Of a stretch of 64,000 nt of DNA, positions 24,741 to 37,449 are shown piece after piece. Numbering within the stretch: the first letter of the stretch is position 1; every line of letters begins with the position of its first letter. Position numbers and translations under genes: made by a program. Source of the DNA: Vicugna vicugna (Eukaryota); assembly GCA_013265495.1 (NCBI GenBank), contig MU058636.1:9170239-9234238 (forward strand). Direction: 5' to 3'. Below the pieces are notes generated by a model that ran no database searches, was not told the DNA's origin, and saw only the letters and a list, made by a program, of their open reading frames with translations.

Positions 24741-26899
24741 ACACTTGGTTTAGATTTGTAGATTTTGTGAGAATTGGCATCACACTATATCTAAGTTTCT
24801 ACTTTTTTAAAAAAAAAATTGAATCTATTTTGGAGATATTTCCATGTCTTTACAGATGTAATCTCATTCTTCTTAATTACTGCCTTCTAGCCTAAATTTG
24901 TAACTCAGTTTATTTAGCCATTCTCCCATAGATGGGTGATAGTGTTACTTGCAATTTTGCTTTTACAAACAAGGCAACAATAACTGTGCCTGTACACGCC
25001 TCTCCCGGACAATTTGCACTTCCCTGGCATCTTGACGAACCCACGGAAAAGGCAGCGTGTTCCCTGCCCCCTTTGGTGTGTTCCCTCCCCGCTGACACTG
25101 CCATGCTTGGGATTCAGGAGTCTCGGGGTGTTGGGGCTGTGACCACCAGTGCTGCACACACACAGGCAGCTGGGCCTCCAGCAAGGACATCAGCTCCACT
25201 TTGCGTCCTGGGCAAGCCCCAGACTAGCTACAGCCTTAACACGAAGCTGCATAAGCAAGTGCCTGTCGCAGAGAAGACTGCCCTGACCTACAGGAGCTCC
25301 GGCAGCCCCTAGTAGCCCTTGCACCACGACCTGCCAGGGAGGCTCTGCTAAGTACTAAATGTGCGAGAGAGGACAGAGCTGAGGACACGAGTACTCTTCC
25401 AAGATTTACACTTGAGCATCTGAGTGACCGAGGCCGATGTTACTGGGAGGACCGGCGGAGCCTGGGGGTGTCACTAGCAGCCGGCTGACGTGGGGCTGTG
25501 GGCTTCCCTGCAGGGCTCTGCGGCTCAGGGGGAGCACAAAGCACTTCTCCCGCAGCTTGGGGGAAATCAGGTCTTTTCAGCCCAGCTTTGTTCCCCCTCC
25601 TCCCTCCCCCACCAACCCTCCTGCAGTTAAAACCAGAATGCTGCGCTGAGAGGTCCCATTTGAGGATTGCAATTCTGCTTCAAAGGAAATACTGGGATTG
25701 CATTACAAAGGATCTTCAGAAATCTCCTGTACCCCTTTACCTCAGCCCACACAAGGATCCTGCCAGAGGCTTCCCTCCGCCATCCCTTTCAGGGGATGAT
25801 GGGGGAAGAAGGGGCCGCACCACCTCCCTGTTAGCCATGAAGCCCAGAGCGCATCTGATCATCTCCTGCTTTATCCCAATCCACAGACGGAAGGGTGTTT
25901 CTCAATGGGTAATTGTCATCACACCATAAAGCCATCATCACGTTCCTTCCTGGGGGAGAACTGGACTTTGCCACCCCCAGAAAATTGCCCCGGCTTCTCA
26001 TTCATCTATTTAACACCTATTTTACCAGTTCCATGCCAGGCACTGTGCTGCAAGAGCCGTGGATACAAAGGAGAGGAGACTGGGGAACTTTCCAACAAGA
26101 GTTCATGTCCGGCAGGGAAAGAGACCTCACGGACGGGGGTGATTACAAGACCCTGCTCTGCTGCGCGTCCTTCTAGGATGTGTACAGCTCGTGAAGTGAG
26201 CGGGGGTCCCCCCTGCACGCCCCTGTGACGAAGAGCAGCAGAAATGCCTGGGGAACAGCTTTCCCTCAATGTGCGAAAAGGAAAATAGAGCCAAGACACA
26301 GAACCTGGGGCTCAGCACTGCCGATGCTGGGACGTCTCCTGGAAGGACTTTAGAGATAACTAAGGTCAACCCTTCCTTTCGCAGCCAGAAAACTCTCTGG
26401 TTAGTGTTGCCGCCATCACCTGAACCTCTCTTTAAATAAAGTGGCACCCACAAGTTTCACAAACTGACGGTAGTTCGCGTCTACTTTTATCGACTTAAGC
26501 AGTGAGGCAGAACAGAGCTTCAGTTGTAGAGACATGCCCCTGGGGCCTCGTTCCTAGAGCTGAGATGCAGCCCATGGCGCCAGAGGGGACTTAAATACCC
26601 TCTAGGACGCGGGTAAGCACAAAGGCGAGATTTGTGACTCGTGTGCAGCTAGGAAGCAGGGAAGAATATTCTAGATCACTAACCCCGCTTAGGCAGCATT
26701 AGAAGTGGAGAAGAATTTTAGAACATAAAACAGGCTAAGTGATTTGGTTGCTGATTTCCCAAATTTGGGTTGGTCGATAGTATTTAAATATTGGATGGAT
26801 ACCACATGCGATCCTTGCCCACAGATCTGTGTTACTATAAATAGTCATTTTCTCTCTAAGCAGAAACAGTCGTTTATGTACTAGGACATTATTTAAAAA

Positions 26900-27642
26900 C
26901 AACAGCACAGAATGATGCACATTACAGGGAAATTAAAATGAAACTCATAATGAGATTATAATACACAGTTTCTAGAATGGCAAACATCAAAACACTGACA
27001 AGGCCACATTTTATCAAGACTGTGGAGCAATCGGAGCTCACATTGCTGCAAACTGATACAATCATCTTGGAAAACTGTTTGGAAGTATTCATTAAAGCTA
27101 AACACACACTTTATGACTTGGTATTTGACTTCTAAGTAATATCTTGGAGAAATGAGTGCTGATTTCGGTGAAAAACATATTCAAGAATATTCATTGCAAT
27201 TCTAGTCATAAAATCCAAGAAATGAAGAGCCACCCATGCCCATCGATAGAAGAATGAATAAATAAAATTGTGGTATGTCCATACAAAGGAATACTACTTA
27301 GAAAGAAAAAAGACAAGACTACCACCGTATTCAAAGTATGGATGAATCTCATAGACAAAATATTAGGCAAAATAAGCCAGACACAAGAGTATGTACTTTC
27401 TGATTCCTTGTTCAAGAGTACATACCATTTGATTTCACTAATGTTTTGTCATTTCTTTCAAGATGAGGCAAAACTAATCTATTATGTTTGAAGTCAGAGT
27501 CATGCTGTCTCTGGGTAGTGGAGTTTTAGCCATTGGGCATTACCTGGGAAGAGATGAGGGTGCTTTTTAGGGTGCCAGAAGTGTGTCATATCTGGATGGT
27601 GGTAATTACGTAGACTTACACACTGAGTATGCAAAGCCCCGC
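26900..27642 (+). mobile_element. Old L1 (L1M-type) ORF2 3' end / 3'UTR, interrupted by an LTR
   Basis: gggaaattaaaatgaaactcataatgagatta...agaatggcaaacatcaaaacactgaca...gaatgaataaataaaattgtggtat...atggatgaatctcata. It appears to resume after 28160. Confidence 0.7.
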
Positions 27643-28160
27643 TGAAGGAGAAAAGCAAAGGCTACTTATTCAGAGCTTGCTGTCACTAAAGTGTCAGCCT
27701 CTGTCACTTGCTTCTTGACAGAGACTCAAAGGCAGGCAGAGGGGCTGGGAAAGCTTCTTAGTGGAGAAAGTGGACTGCTTCCGGTGTCCTGATTGGAGGC
27801 TATTGGCCTGGGGAAGCTAACGGTGGATGAACCAGCAGCAGAGCATCCTATGTGATTAGCTGGAGGGTACGTGTTTGGCTTTCTTTTCTTGCTCCCAAGT
27901 TGGAATCTGGGACTGAAAGCAGGAAAGCTGTCCGTTATTAAATGAGCCCTGGCCATTCAGGGCTGAGTGTTAGAGAGATTACTGATTAGCTTCCCCGGTT
28001 GTTATTAGAGATAAAAATCTGATGTCTAGCAGGCTGGCTTCCTGGGCTGGTTATGGTAGATGAGGGGTTGGTTTCCGGGGCCGGTTGCTGCAGGGTGGGG
28101 ATCCGAGTTCTATTTTTATACACGGTCCAGCCATTGCCTGTTAGTATATTCAGTCTCTCA
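27643..28160 (-). mobile_element. Solo ERV LTR in STOML3 intron 1
   Basis: TG...CA termini (tgaaggag ... gtctctca). CCAAT box (gattgg on +) and TATA-like tataaaaa on the - strand. Inserted within an L1 remnant. Confidence 0.6.
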
Positions 28161-28564
28161 AGCGCAGCACTGAAGAGATGTGCATGTTATTGTATGTATC
28201 TCAGACCTCGATAAATGACTCGGCACAGACCAGAGGACACTCCCTACTTGCTCTGCATCCTCAGAAGGAGGAGGGGAGAGAGAGGACGGAAGGCCTCCCG
28301 CACCGCCCGCCTGCGGACGGACCGGAGACAGTGTCTCTCAGGGACAGAGAGCGTCCGGGGGCCTGAATCCTAATCGGGACGCCCCTGTTTGTCAGCTCCA
28401 GGGCATTTCATCAGTCACTCAGCCTGCTGAGGTCTTAGTGTCCTCCTGTTAAGCCCGTAATAACTAGTTGTGAGGACTGAAGAAATTCCATGTAAAGGAG
28501 TGATCAGCCACACCAGGAGGCCCTCGAGGCAGCCAGGCCGCTGCCTAGGATTTTCCTGGAGGTG

Positions 28565-29133
28565 TGTTTCGGTCAAGGCAGTCCTAACATTTCCTTCAGC
28601 TTGACTAGCTGTTAAACAGAGTCTCTTTGACTCTGGGCCCCCCTCATTTCCCTTTTCTCAGAGCGTTCCTTTAGAACGCTTCTCTTTGTAAATTCTTTCT
28701 CTGCCCCTTTGAGGTGTCGATCTTTTTAAAAAGCCTCCGGCCAGTGGTACAATCCAGGGCTACCCTGCTCAAGGGCCTGGGAGCCGTTCTTCTGAAATGT
28801 AACCATTGAGGAGATAGCACCCCTGTCTCATGGGATGGTAGGAGCCTAACTCCAGTAGCCCCCACACCCTAAGTGGTAAAAGCCGCCCCCGTGGTAAAGA
28901 CATGGGAAGCTTCTCAGCAAACACAGCGGGCCTGTGACCACCACCCCCTGAGGCCTTCCAGCACCTTCCCGCCAGTGGTCTCCAGCCTTTACGCTCCCCA
29001 CACCCCTTGCTTTCAGCGGGGTTGGTTCAGAGCACTTCTGAGTTTTGACTTCTCTCTTTTATGGCGATCGGCTTCACTAAGGTTTTTCTTTCTTGCCTGT
29101 TTATCTTGGTTTGGTTTACCTTTTGCTTTGACA
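28565..29133 (+). mobile_element. Solo ERV1 LTR (MER34/MER39-like)
   Basis: ttgtaaattctttctctgcccctttgag...ctcaagggcctgggagcc...tgaaatgtaacc...gatagcacccct...ggtaggagcctaact resembles the recalled MER34/MER39 LTR core. Ends tttgaca. Confidence 0.6.
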
Positions 29134-29361
29134 GTGGACATTTTTGTTTTGTTTTGTTTTGTTTTTATTTATTGTTTTGCCAGAGAGAATTCTAAGTGTC
29201 TGTTGTAAATAATCTGGTCCATGCCGATGAAAGCTCCTCTCTAGGTGCAAGAACCACATTTTCAAGGAGAATCTACAATAAAACCCTAACTCCTGCAGGT
29301 TCCTACCTGCTGAAGTGAGTCTGGTCACTGACTTTATAAGTTCTTTCAGATCAAACCTTAA

Positions 29362-29410
29362 AGAGACAGACAGACAGACAGATAGACAGAGAGAAAGAGA
29401 AAGAGAGAGA
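29362..29410 (+). repeat. (AGAC)n/(AG)n microsatellite
   Basis: agagacagacagacagacagatagacagagagaaagagaaagagagaga. Confidence 0.85.
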
Positions 29411-32057
29411 TTTGCTGCAAAACTACCAAATTGGAACAAGACGGTGATCACCAGAGCTAGTCCTATGACTACAAAATTCCATAAACCCAAGAGTTTTCTG
29501 AACTGTCAAATTTATATTTTAACTACAGAAGGATGATCTGAGTTTAGCGGTTACATAAACTTCATGACACATTCACATTGTTTCCTTTTCTTTTTTTTTT
29601 GACCATTTGGTCTTTTGAAGAAATATTTAAGATATGTTTTAGAATAGAATGTTCCAAAAAGTATAAAAATAATACTTTTTATACCTTATACTCCCCCTTT
29701 CTGCTTAAGAGTGTAAGCATTGCCAGCACGGCCAAAGCCCCCTCGGGGGGCGCTCTTCACAATCCCACCCCCACCGCCAGAGGCAGCTGGCCCTGCAGCC
29801 TCGTGGTGAGTCCCGTGGGGCGCCATCCCCACCAGGCAGCTGCAGCAGCAACTCCCAAGCCTGCCATGCGGAGCCCAGGCTAGGCACACGGGCTCTTAGC
29901 CCACCCAAAATTCAGCTTTTCAGGAGGCAGTGTTTTGGCCTCTCACTTCTGGGTCTTGGTGACTAGGCCACATGCTAACAGCACAGAAACATCCCCTGCA
30001 GTAGAGAAAGTACCAAGTCCTCACGGATTTTCCTGCCTTGCCCGGCCTTTGTGTCCTCCAGACCCACATTCATCTCCCACATTCTCTTTTAGTGAATGAA
30101 TGAAGTGCATGGTACCCTTAATGCTTTGACTGATCAAGAATGATGCTCAGCGACATGACAGGCTGATTGATTGCTCTGTTTGAAGTTTCTTGTCTGGAAA
30201 TAATGATCCATCAGAGGAGAATTCTGTTTGCTTTCCAGAGAGTCATTTAACCTGAAATCATATGTCCTCACATTTTCTCCTTCATATAAACTGTCTTATG
30301 GCCTCACTCCTGACCCCTACACGCACACCATTCTAGGAAGCAGATAAGGAGAAAATGTTTACTTTGATCATTCTCCTTTCTCCCCACCCTGCCTTTTCTG
30401 TCTGAAATAACTACCAATAACAACAAGTACAATTACTTCTTCCCTAAGATTTATGCCCAAATGTTCTCACTATGGTGTTGTTTATAAGAGTGCGAGATCA
30501 AAAACACCCTGAAAGTACTATGGAAAGGTGACTCAGCAAACTGTGACATGTCTACACAATATCACATCAAAAAAAATTTTTTTTAAGTTACAAAAACATG
30601 AGAACATTGCTATGGTATATTGTTGAAAGAATAAAAGTAGTAGGATCCAAAATTATATGGACAGTATGATCCCACTCAGTAAAACTATACGCATAGAAAA
30701 AAGATTGGAAGAAAATTAACCAAAATATTAACGGTGCTTAATTCTGAGTGATGGAAGCATGACTGACTCCTGCTGTTCAGTTTTCTTATTCTTTGCTACC
30801 TTTAGCATTTTAAAAGCAAAACTAACCATGTCAAATTTAAAAAAAAAATGTCCTTTGTGTTTTTAGAGCAGGAAAAACCAGATGCGTCCTAGGGGAAAAA
30901 CAAAAGGTGTGTGAAATAAGAACCATCACCTTCCCCGGGCCTGGGGAGGGAGTGTTACAAATTCTTCCCCCTCTTCTGTTCACTTTCAGTCCTGTGGAGA
31001 CACAGTCAGTAAATGGATTCTCAGCAGCTCTCGGGTTCTTTCTCTAGTGGATCAAGGACTTTAAGCACCAAATATAAACTCTAAGGTGAAGCCCCATGGG
31101 GAAACACTCTCTTTTCATCGCCTGTAAATCATCAGCCCTTCTGCCTTTTCCTCTGAAATATAAATACGGCTTGCATCAGGAACATGTTTAAAGAAAAATA
31201 CAGAATTTGCTAAAAAGAGATCCTGGGCGACTGAAAGTGTGGTCCCAGTGTGGCAACGTCACCTGCTTGGGGACTCATTTGGAGGCAAACTCTCAAGTCC
31301 ATCCTAGACCTAGAGACGAGAACTTCTAGACCTGAGGACCAGGAATCTGAGTTTAAAAAGCTCCCTGGGAAGATTGTTCTGCACTTCAGTGTTGAGAGGA
31401 ATGTCTAAGATGGACATGATCAAATTCCAATTAACTTCACTTTAACTCTTGAGGAAAAGAAAAGAGAGACAAAGAAAGGGGTGGGATGCTGTGTTGAAGG
31501 CTAACGCGCAGCAGTGTAGTAGAAGCACTGAGGCCCCGGGGGGAGCTCTAACTGAGAGCATTCTGTAGCTTCTGATCTAGCCTCGTGATGTCACTGAACT
31601 TGGAGTCAGGAAGAGACGTTCCAAAGCTGGGACAAGCCAGAGGCACCTGTGCAGAGGGCTCCTGCTGGGGGTGAGGACAAGGACTCAAGTTACTCATTTC
31701 ATTCTCTCAATATTTGTGAGTGGAAATTTCTGTACAGCTTGAAGTCCTGAATGACGTTGTCTTGCTAACGTTTCCACGAAGGAGGCGGGCAAAGACATGT
31801 GTATCCCACCAGCCTCACAGAAGGACTGGTATTGCGGCTCACAGATTACCAAGAGCATCTGAAGTCAGAAGCTGTAACATACAGGCCCCCTTTCTGTCTG
31901 TTCTGCGATAGTGCAGGTTTTCATTATAGTCAAAAAACAAAACCAAGGACACCCACGATCACATTTAAATACTCCACCCATGACACAGCTCCAGTCATGC
32001 CATTTACTCAGCTGCTGTCTTAGCCTTTGCCGAAGGGAAGCTAAAAAGTCTCATGAA

Positions 32058-32221
32058 GGGGAGGGTAACAGCTCAGTGGCAGAGTGCGTACTTCACATGC
32101 ACGAAGTCCTGGGTTCAACCTCCAGCACCTCCATTTAAAAAACAGTAATAGTAAGTAAACCTAATTATCTCCCCCTCCCCCCCGAAACAAAAAATACATA
32201 CAATTCTTTTTTAAAAAGGAA
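32058..32221 (+). mobile_element. Ala-tRNA-derived SINE (vic-1 type) with a perfect 15-bp TSD
   Basis: GGGGAGGGTAACAGCTCAGTGGCAGAGTGCGTACTTCACATGCACGAAGTCCTGGGTTCAACCTCCAGCACCTCCA... TSD aaaaagtctcatgaa at 32043-32057 and 32222-32236. Confidence 0.9.
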
Positions 32222-33078
32222 AAAAAGTCTCATGAAATTTCTTGTTTAAAAAGATTGTACCCTTGAAAAGACCTCCCATTTGCGCTTCCAAATGCTGTTC
32301 ACTGTCTCCAGCGGTTCCGTGTTCCTAGGCCTCCTTCAAGAGAACATTCTTTTTTCCAACTCAGGTAGATACCTCTAAATGTATACTTTCTTTTACAAAC
32401 TGATAATGCCAAATGTGTCCTCTATGTCTAACTTGTACTAAAGTATAGAGCACAGGCTAGGACACACACAGGTAATATCTTCATCATCATCATCATCATC
32501 ACTTTTTGGACCTTCAGCCAGTTTTTAAACTCTCCAAGACTCAGTTTTCTCAATCATAAAATGAGATAATAAAAGAATTTACCTCGGAATTATCACAGGA
32601 TTTAAAATATAATGCAAGGAGAATGCATTGCAATACAGAATAGCCATCAGGATTCAAGGTGGTCATTGGTGCTTAGGGGCTAAGTTTTATCTTCTTCAAC
32701 TTCTCCCCAAGTATCAAACATAGTGTAGCTCAAACCAATTATTTAATCATAGTATCATCAGATGATATTTGAAAATGGATAAATGCTAGCCTGTTCAACA
32801 TGTCTTTGCTATCGAAGACAAAAAAAAAAAGAATGCAAAGATAAACACAAATTCTATCTAACACCTAAGAAAAAGGGCAAGTCATAGACTGCTCTTTAAG
32901 AAGCAAATAAAACCACAACAAGCAACAAATCCAAAATCCTGGGTGCAAAATGAACCTGAAGTCCATCTCAATAGGCATTAATCCACCTCGTGCTCACTCT
33001 CTAACTCTCTATAACATCACAATTCTCACTTTTCTTAATATACATAAAATAAACCTAAGGCAGGAAAAAGGAACTTAC

Positions 33079-33130
33079 CCACTAAATTCTCTTTATCCTG
33101 TTTCTCTGGGGAGGACGCCCCAGGATCCAT
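33079..33130 (-). CDS. STOML3: STOML3 exon 1, coding part (MDPGASSPEKQDKENLV(G))
   Basis: ATG in strong context (gcgATGG), donor gtaagt. Matches the recalled human MDSRVSSPEKQDKENFVG. All seven exons sum to 876 nt = 291 aa + stop. Confidence 0.93.
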
Positions 33131-33199
33131 CGCATTCTTGAGAGGCTTTTATTCTTGGAAAATTTTCACGGGTTTGGACCCAGACCTGGGCTCCAGGCA

Positions 33200-33335
33200 G
33201 CACCCAGGTGTGCTTGGTGAGAGAAGGGAGAGGAGAAAGACAGAATGAGAGAGTGAGTGAAGTTCCTCTTCTTTCCTGAGCACCCTAAGGAGTAGTTACC
33301 CCGGTGAAGGAAGCCTGTTCACATAAACAAAACAA
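33200..33335 (-). promoter_or_regulatory. STOML3 proximal promoter / 5' region with X-box-like and forkhead motifs
   Basis: GTTACCCCGGTGAA (33295-33308; RFX X-box-like) and ATAAACAA (33323-33330; forkhead core), 165-200 nt upstream of the ATG. Confidence 0.4.
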
Positions 33336-33879
33336 TCTCTTTCATGAGCTCTGGCTGCCTTTGTTCATAGAGAAAACTCAAAAGCACATATGTGACCTTC
33401 TGATTGTGTTGCTTCTTGTAAAATATCACTACGTAGTTTTCTACGTCATTTATATTTATAAACACTCTGTGTATCGTGTGCAATTTGTTTATCATAATGA
33501 GCTGTCCAATACACAGGGCAAGTATACCCATCCTTATGTTTCAGATGAGGAAATTTCATCCAACTCATTCTACACACTGCAGTGAGTGATCTTTTGGAAC
33601 TTGAATCTGATCATATTACTATCCTGCTTAAAATAATCCAAAGACTGCTAATTGTTAGCATGGTAAAGACTAAAATCCTAAGTGTCCTAAAAGATCTGCT
33701 ACTCTCTCTCCCTCCCTTTCCAGCCTCAACTACATGTTACCCCCCTTACTCACTTAGCAATAGCCCCATTGGCCTTCCATCAATCCCACTAAACTCTTGT
33801 GAGTCGTCTGTGCCACAGGGCCTTTGCACATATTACCTTTGCATAATTATTTGGTTAATGTTGGTTTCTTCCTCTAGAT

Positions 33880-34095
33880 CAGAAATTGGCTAAGCACAAC
33901 CTGCTAGCCAAGTTTGCTCCACTACTGGTTTTTGTAAGCAAAGCATTATCAGAACACGGTCACACCTGCTTTTGTATTGTCTTTGGCCATTTTTGCAACG
34001 TACCTATGCTAGTTGGCTAGGTGCTGCAGAAACCCTGTGTCCTGCAAAACCTAAGATAAAGGGACCTTTACAGAAAACATTTGCTGAATCTTGTC
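33880..34095. mobile_element. MER58-like DNA transposon remnant
   Basis: ctggtttttgtaagcaaagcattatcagaacacggtcacac...cctgcaaaacctaagata...cctttacagaaaacatttgctga. Confidence 0.55.
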
Positions 34096-35101
34096 CTACA
34101 TGGTAACTTTCACGAGGGGAGTGACTAGGTCTGTTACTTTTTACCATGGCACCTGCAACATTTAGAACAATGCAGGCACATAGCTATTGTCCAAAGGCCA
34201 CTGGTTGAATGAATGAATAAGTAATTTATCAAAGATAACAGCTCACAAATGGTAAAGCTCTCTCCTGAATCCAGATCCCCAGGCTCCCGTCCCAGGAGTC
34301 CTTCTCTCATCATACCACTTGGAAAACGAGGGCAACTTTGCACTCATTCCAACGCTGAAAGCACCAGTCTTCTAATTTCCTGATGTTCCTCTTTCTCAGG
34401 TCAATATTCCAGATCATATTTTGCTTTCCTTTGTGTGAAAACAAAACACCACAAAACAACCTCTGATATTTCCCAGGTCATCTCATCTTTTCCAGTCCCA
34501 ACCATCTAGTTACTTTCTTCTGAGCAATTTCATCTTCAAAAACCTCCCTGATTGTGGGTTACTTTTGCCAACAACTTGATCATCATAATTGCCTTTTCCA
34601 CAAACTCAAATTACAGTAATAACTAGGCAGGGCTGTCAGCCACCGTTGGTAATTATAAGAATTAATATGGAATATTAGAACTTGGGGAAAGGAGGCCGGG
34701 GACCAGAAATAGATGAAAACAAACACACATGTACACGCAGAGTCAGAGACTTTCTGCTTTCGAATGTTTTTCTCTGCATCCTTCCCATACATCCTTGGTG
34801 ATGGCTTGATGTGGAAATGACGCCAGAGGCAGAGTGGGTAAGAAAGCGGGCTCTGGGCTCACGTTGTCTGGACTTAAAGAAATCCTGGCTCTGCCATGAA
34901 CTCACTGCGTGACACTGGGTAACTTAACCTCTTCATGTTTCTTTCTCTTTTTTTTTTCCATCTGTAAAATGGACATGATAATGATTCTACCAGAGTTGTC
35001 TGTGTGAGAATTGTACGAAATAGTACATGTAAAACACTCAGCGTAACTGAGACAGAAGGGATGAGGGCAGGGCACAACCATGAAAAGAACGACATAGCAA
35101 T

Positions 35102-35625
35102 TGAGGATGGGACGTAAACTGGTTGAAACCCAACTAGGCCCCAAATGGTGGAAGATTCAACTCCCCGCAGACCTTGAGCCCCGAGACGGTGGGAGAGTTG
35201 GCTTCCAGCAGACCTGGGGCTCCATTATCTGCTCATTGTAATGTACTGGCATGCTCAGTGGCGCACCCACAGGCGCTGTGACAGTTCTGAGGCTGGTCAT
35301 AAAAGGTCAAAAAGTGGGCATTGGCCCAATTCCTGGGAATCCCCCCTCCTTCCCCAAAGCGTTTGGAATAATCCTCCCACTTGTTAGCCTGTGAAATTAC
35401 CGAGCCCATAAAAACTGAACTCCATCCACCCTGGCCTTCTGAGATGGCTACGCTCAGTCTGTGCCGTGTGCATCTCTCTGAACAAATCTGCTTGCACTCT
35501 GCTATGGCTCGCTCTTGAATTCTTTCCTGCACAAGACAAGGACCCTCACTTGGCGGGGTGCATCCTAGGGACTCGCCAGAGACCTGGGACATGACCACCC
35601 TCTTGTGCCCCATTTTTCTGTATCA
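35102..35625 (+). mobile_element. Solo ERV LTR about 2 kb upstream of STOML3
   Basis: TG (35102) ... CA (35625), near-TSD caat/taat. cataaaaa TATA-like element, and ctcgctcttgaattctttcctgc...aaggaccc U5-type motif of ERV1 LTRs. Confidence 0.75.
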
Positions 35626-36624
35626 TAATGACCAGCACTGATACATGGTAACGATTATTACCAGGAATGGGAGCTGAGCTATAGTCCTCAGGACTCAGCA
35701 GTTCTTTCTAAAGTGGGAATGTTGGGTTAATTTTCCCAGTATCATCTTTCCCGTTTGTTTCAAGCAAATAGACGGTTGCTCAGTGATTAATTAGATATGT
35801 CAAAACATTCTTTTTTGTCTCTTGTCTAATGCTTCTCCAGTTTGCTGCAAATTTGAAAACTTGCACGTCCCTCCCTGGTTCTGGACTGTCCATCATTCAT
35901 AGATTCCATTCTGTTTCCTCCCAGCCTCCACTTGACCACCATGTCATCTCATGTTGGAACTAACCTCTCAGGGAATGAGCAACAGAAAAGCTTCCTGCTT
36001 CCATCATTTCTTGCATCTACTCAGAGACAATCTTTGCCTGGAACAGGAAGCCCCTTTCCTTCCAGATCAGACAAAAACAAAGTGTTTTGGCAGTGCTGGT
36101 TTAGCTAATTTCTAAATACATTTCCCCTTAACGTCGGCCAAACACCGCTTACGCCAGCACCGCCAGTCACTGAGGTGCAAGGTTCAAAACAACAGTAACA
36201 ATAATTGTTCCCTGGTGGCCTCTGGGAAGAGCCTCCAGGGCCCTTGCAACAAATACATCCCCTTGGAAGATGACTATGCAACTGTTTTTCTTCTTCCTGC
36301 AAAATGTTCCAAGTATCTCAGCCTAGAGAGCAAGAGTGATTTCAACAAGCAAGGAACACCGAGGACAAGCTGAGTCCCTAACCGGGAGCCTCCGGAGGCG
36401 AATGAGACAGAAGCCCATGTGAAATGTCTCCTCCTCCTCTGCTTTAAACCACTGTGGGCCACATTAACGGAATTTCCTCCCCCTCGTCATGGTGGCACGA
36501 GGGAGAGGGGAAAAAAGCAGACGGGGAATTGCCGGTGTGCACTCCTGATGAAGGTTTTTCTGTGTGTTTCTAAACTTCAAGTTCCTCCACTAGGGAAAGT
36601 CCCGAAATGAGGGCAGCTTTGGGG

Positions 36625-36891
36625 TTTTTTTGTTTTTGTTTTTTTGTTTTTTAATTGATGTATAGTTGATTTACAACGTTGTGTTAGTTTCTGGTGAACA
36701 GCATACTGATTCAGTTATTCATATATATATATATATATATCTATTCTTTTCCATATTCTCTTTCATTATAGGTTATTACAAGATACTGAATATAGTAAGA
36801 GGGAGGGATAAATTAGGAGTTTGGGATTAGCAGATACACACTACTATATATAAAACAGATAAAATAACCGTGTTCTACTGTATAGGACGGG
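36625..36891 (-). mobile_element. L1 3' end with 5' inversion; contains (TA)n at about 36721-36740
   Basis: 36625-36796 is poly(T) plus antisense L1 tail. 36797-36891 is the adjacent upstream L1 segment in the opposite orientation. Confidence 0.85.
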
Positions 36892-37449
36892 TGTGTTTGT
36901 AAAAGCCCTAATTCTATTCCCTCTCTTGACAGACAGGATGTTATCCCAAAAGATGTGTATTTAGTCTTCCCTGACTGTTGGTCTTAGAGCACAAACACTA
37001 CCCTGGAACAACGCATTCGCCTCAGGCCTCTCTCCTTTCCTAAGCTTCTGGTTTCAGGAACACTCTTTCACCAGGTGCCACCCACCATCATTTCTTGCTA
37101 AGCTGCACACATGTGTTACAGGACATTTGACACTTCTCCTTTAGGAAAATGTTCCCTTTTCTTTAAACGATGAGGTGATCTGATTTCATTGACTTTTCAT
37201 TAGTATACATCGTCCGTTCTGTCTTATTCAGTCTCATTCACCCAATTTTTGAACGTCCACAACTTTAAACAATGAATTCTGCCCACAGGTCTGTAAGGGT
37301 GGTTGTAGTGATAACTCCCCAAACTGAAACTCTGGCCTAGAACTCTCTACCCAGAATTACAAACACATATTTTCAACTACCTTTTGACGAAACGTCTCTG
37401 CCTGAATGCCCACCCCACCAACTAAATTCTCTGCCAGTTAGAAAATATT

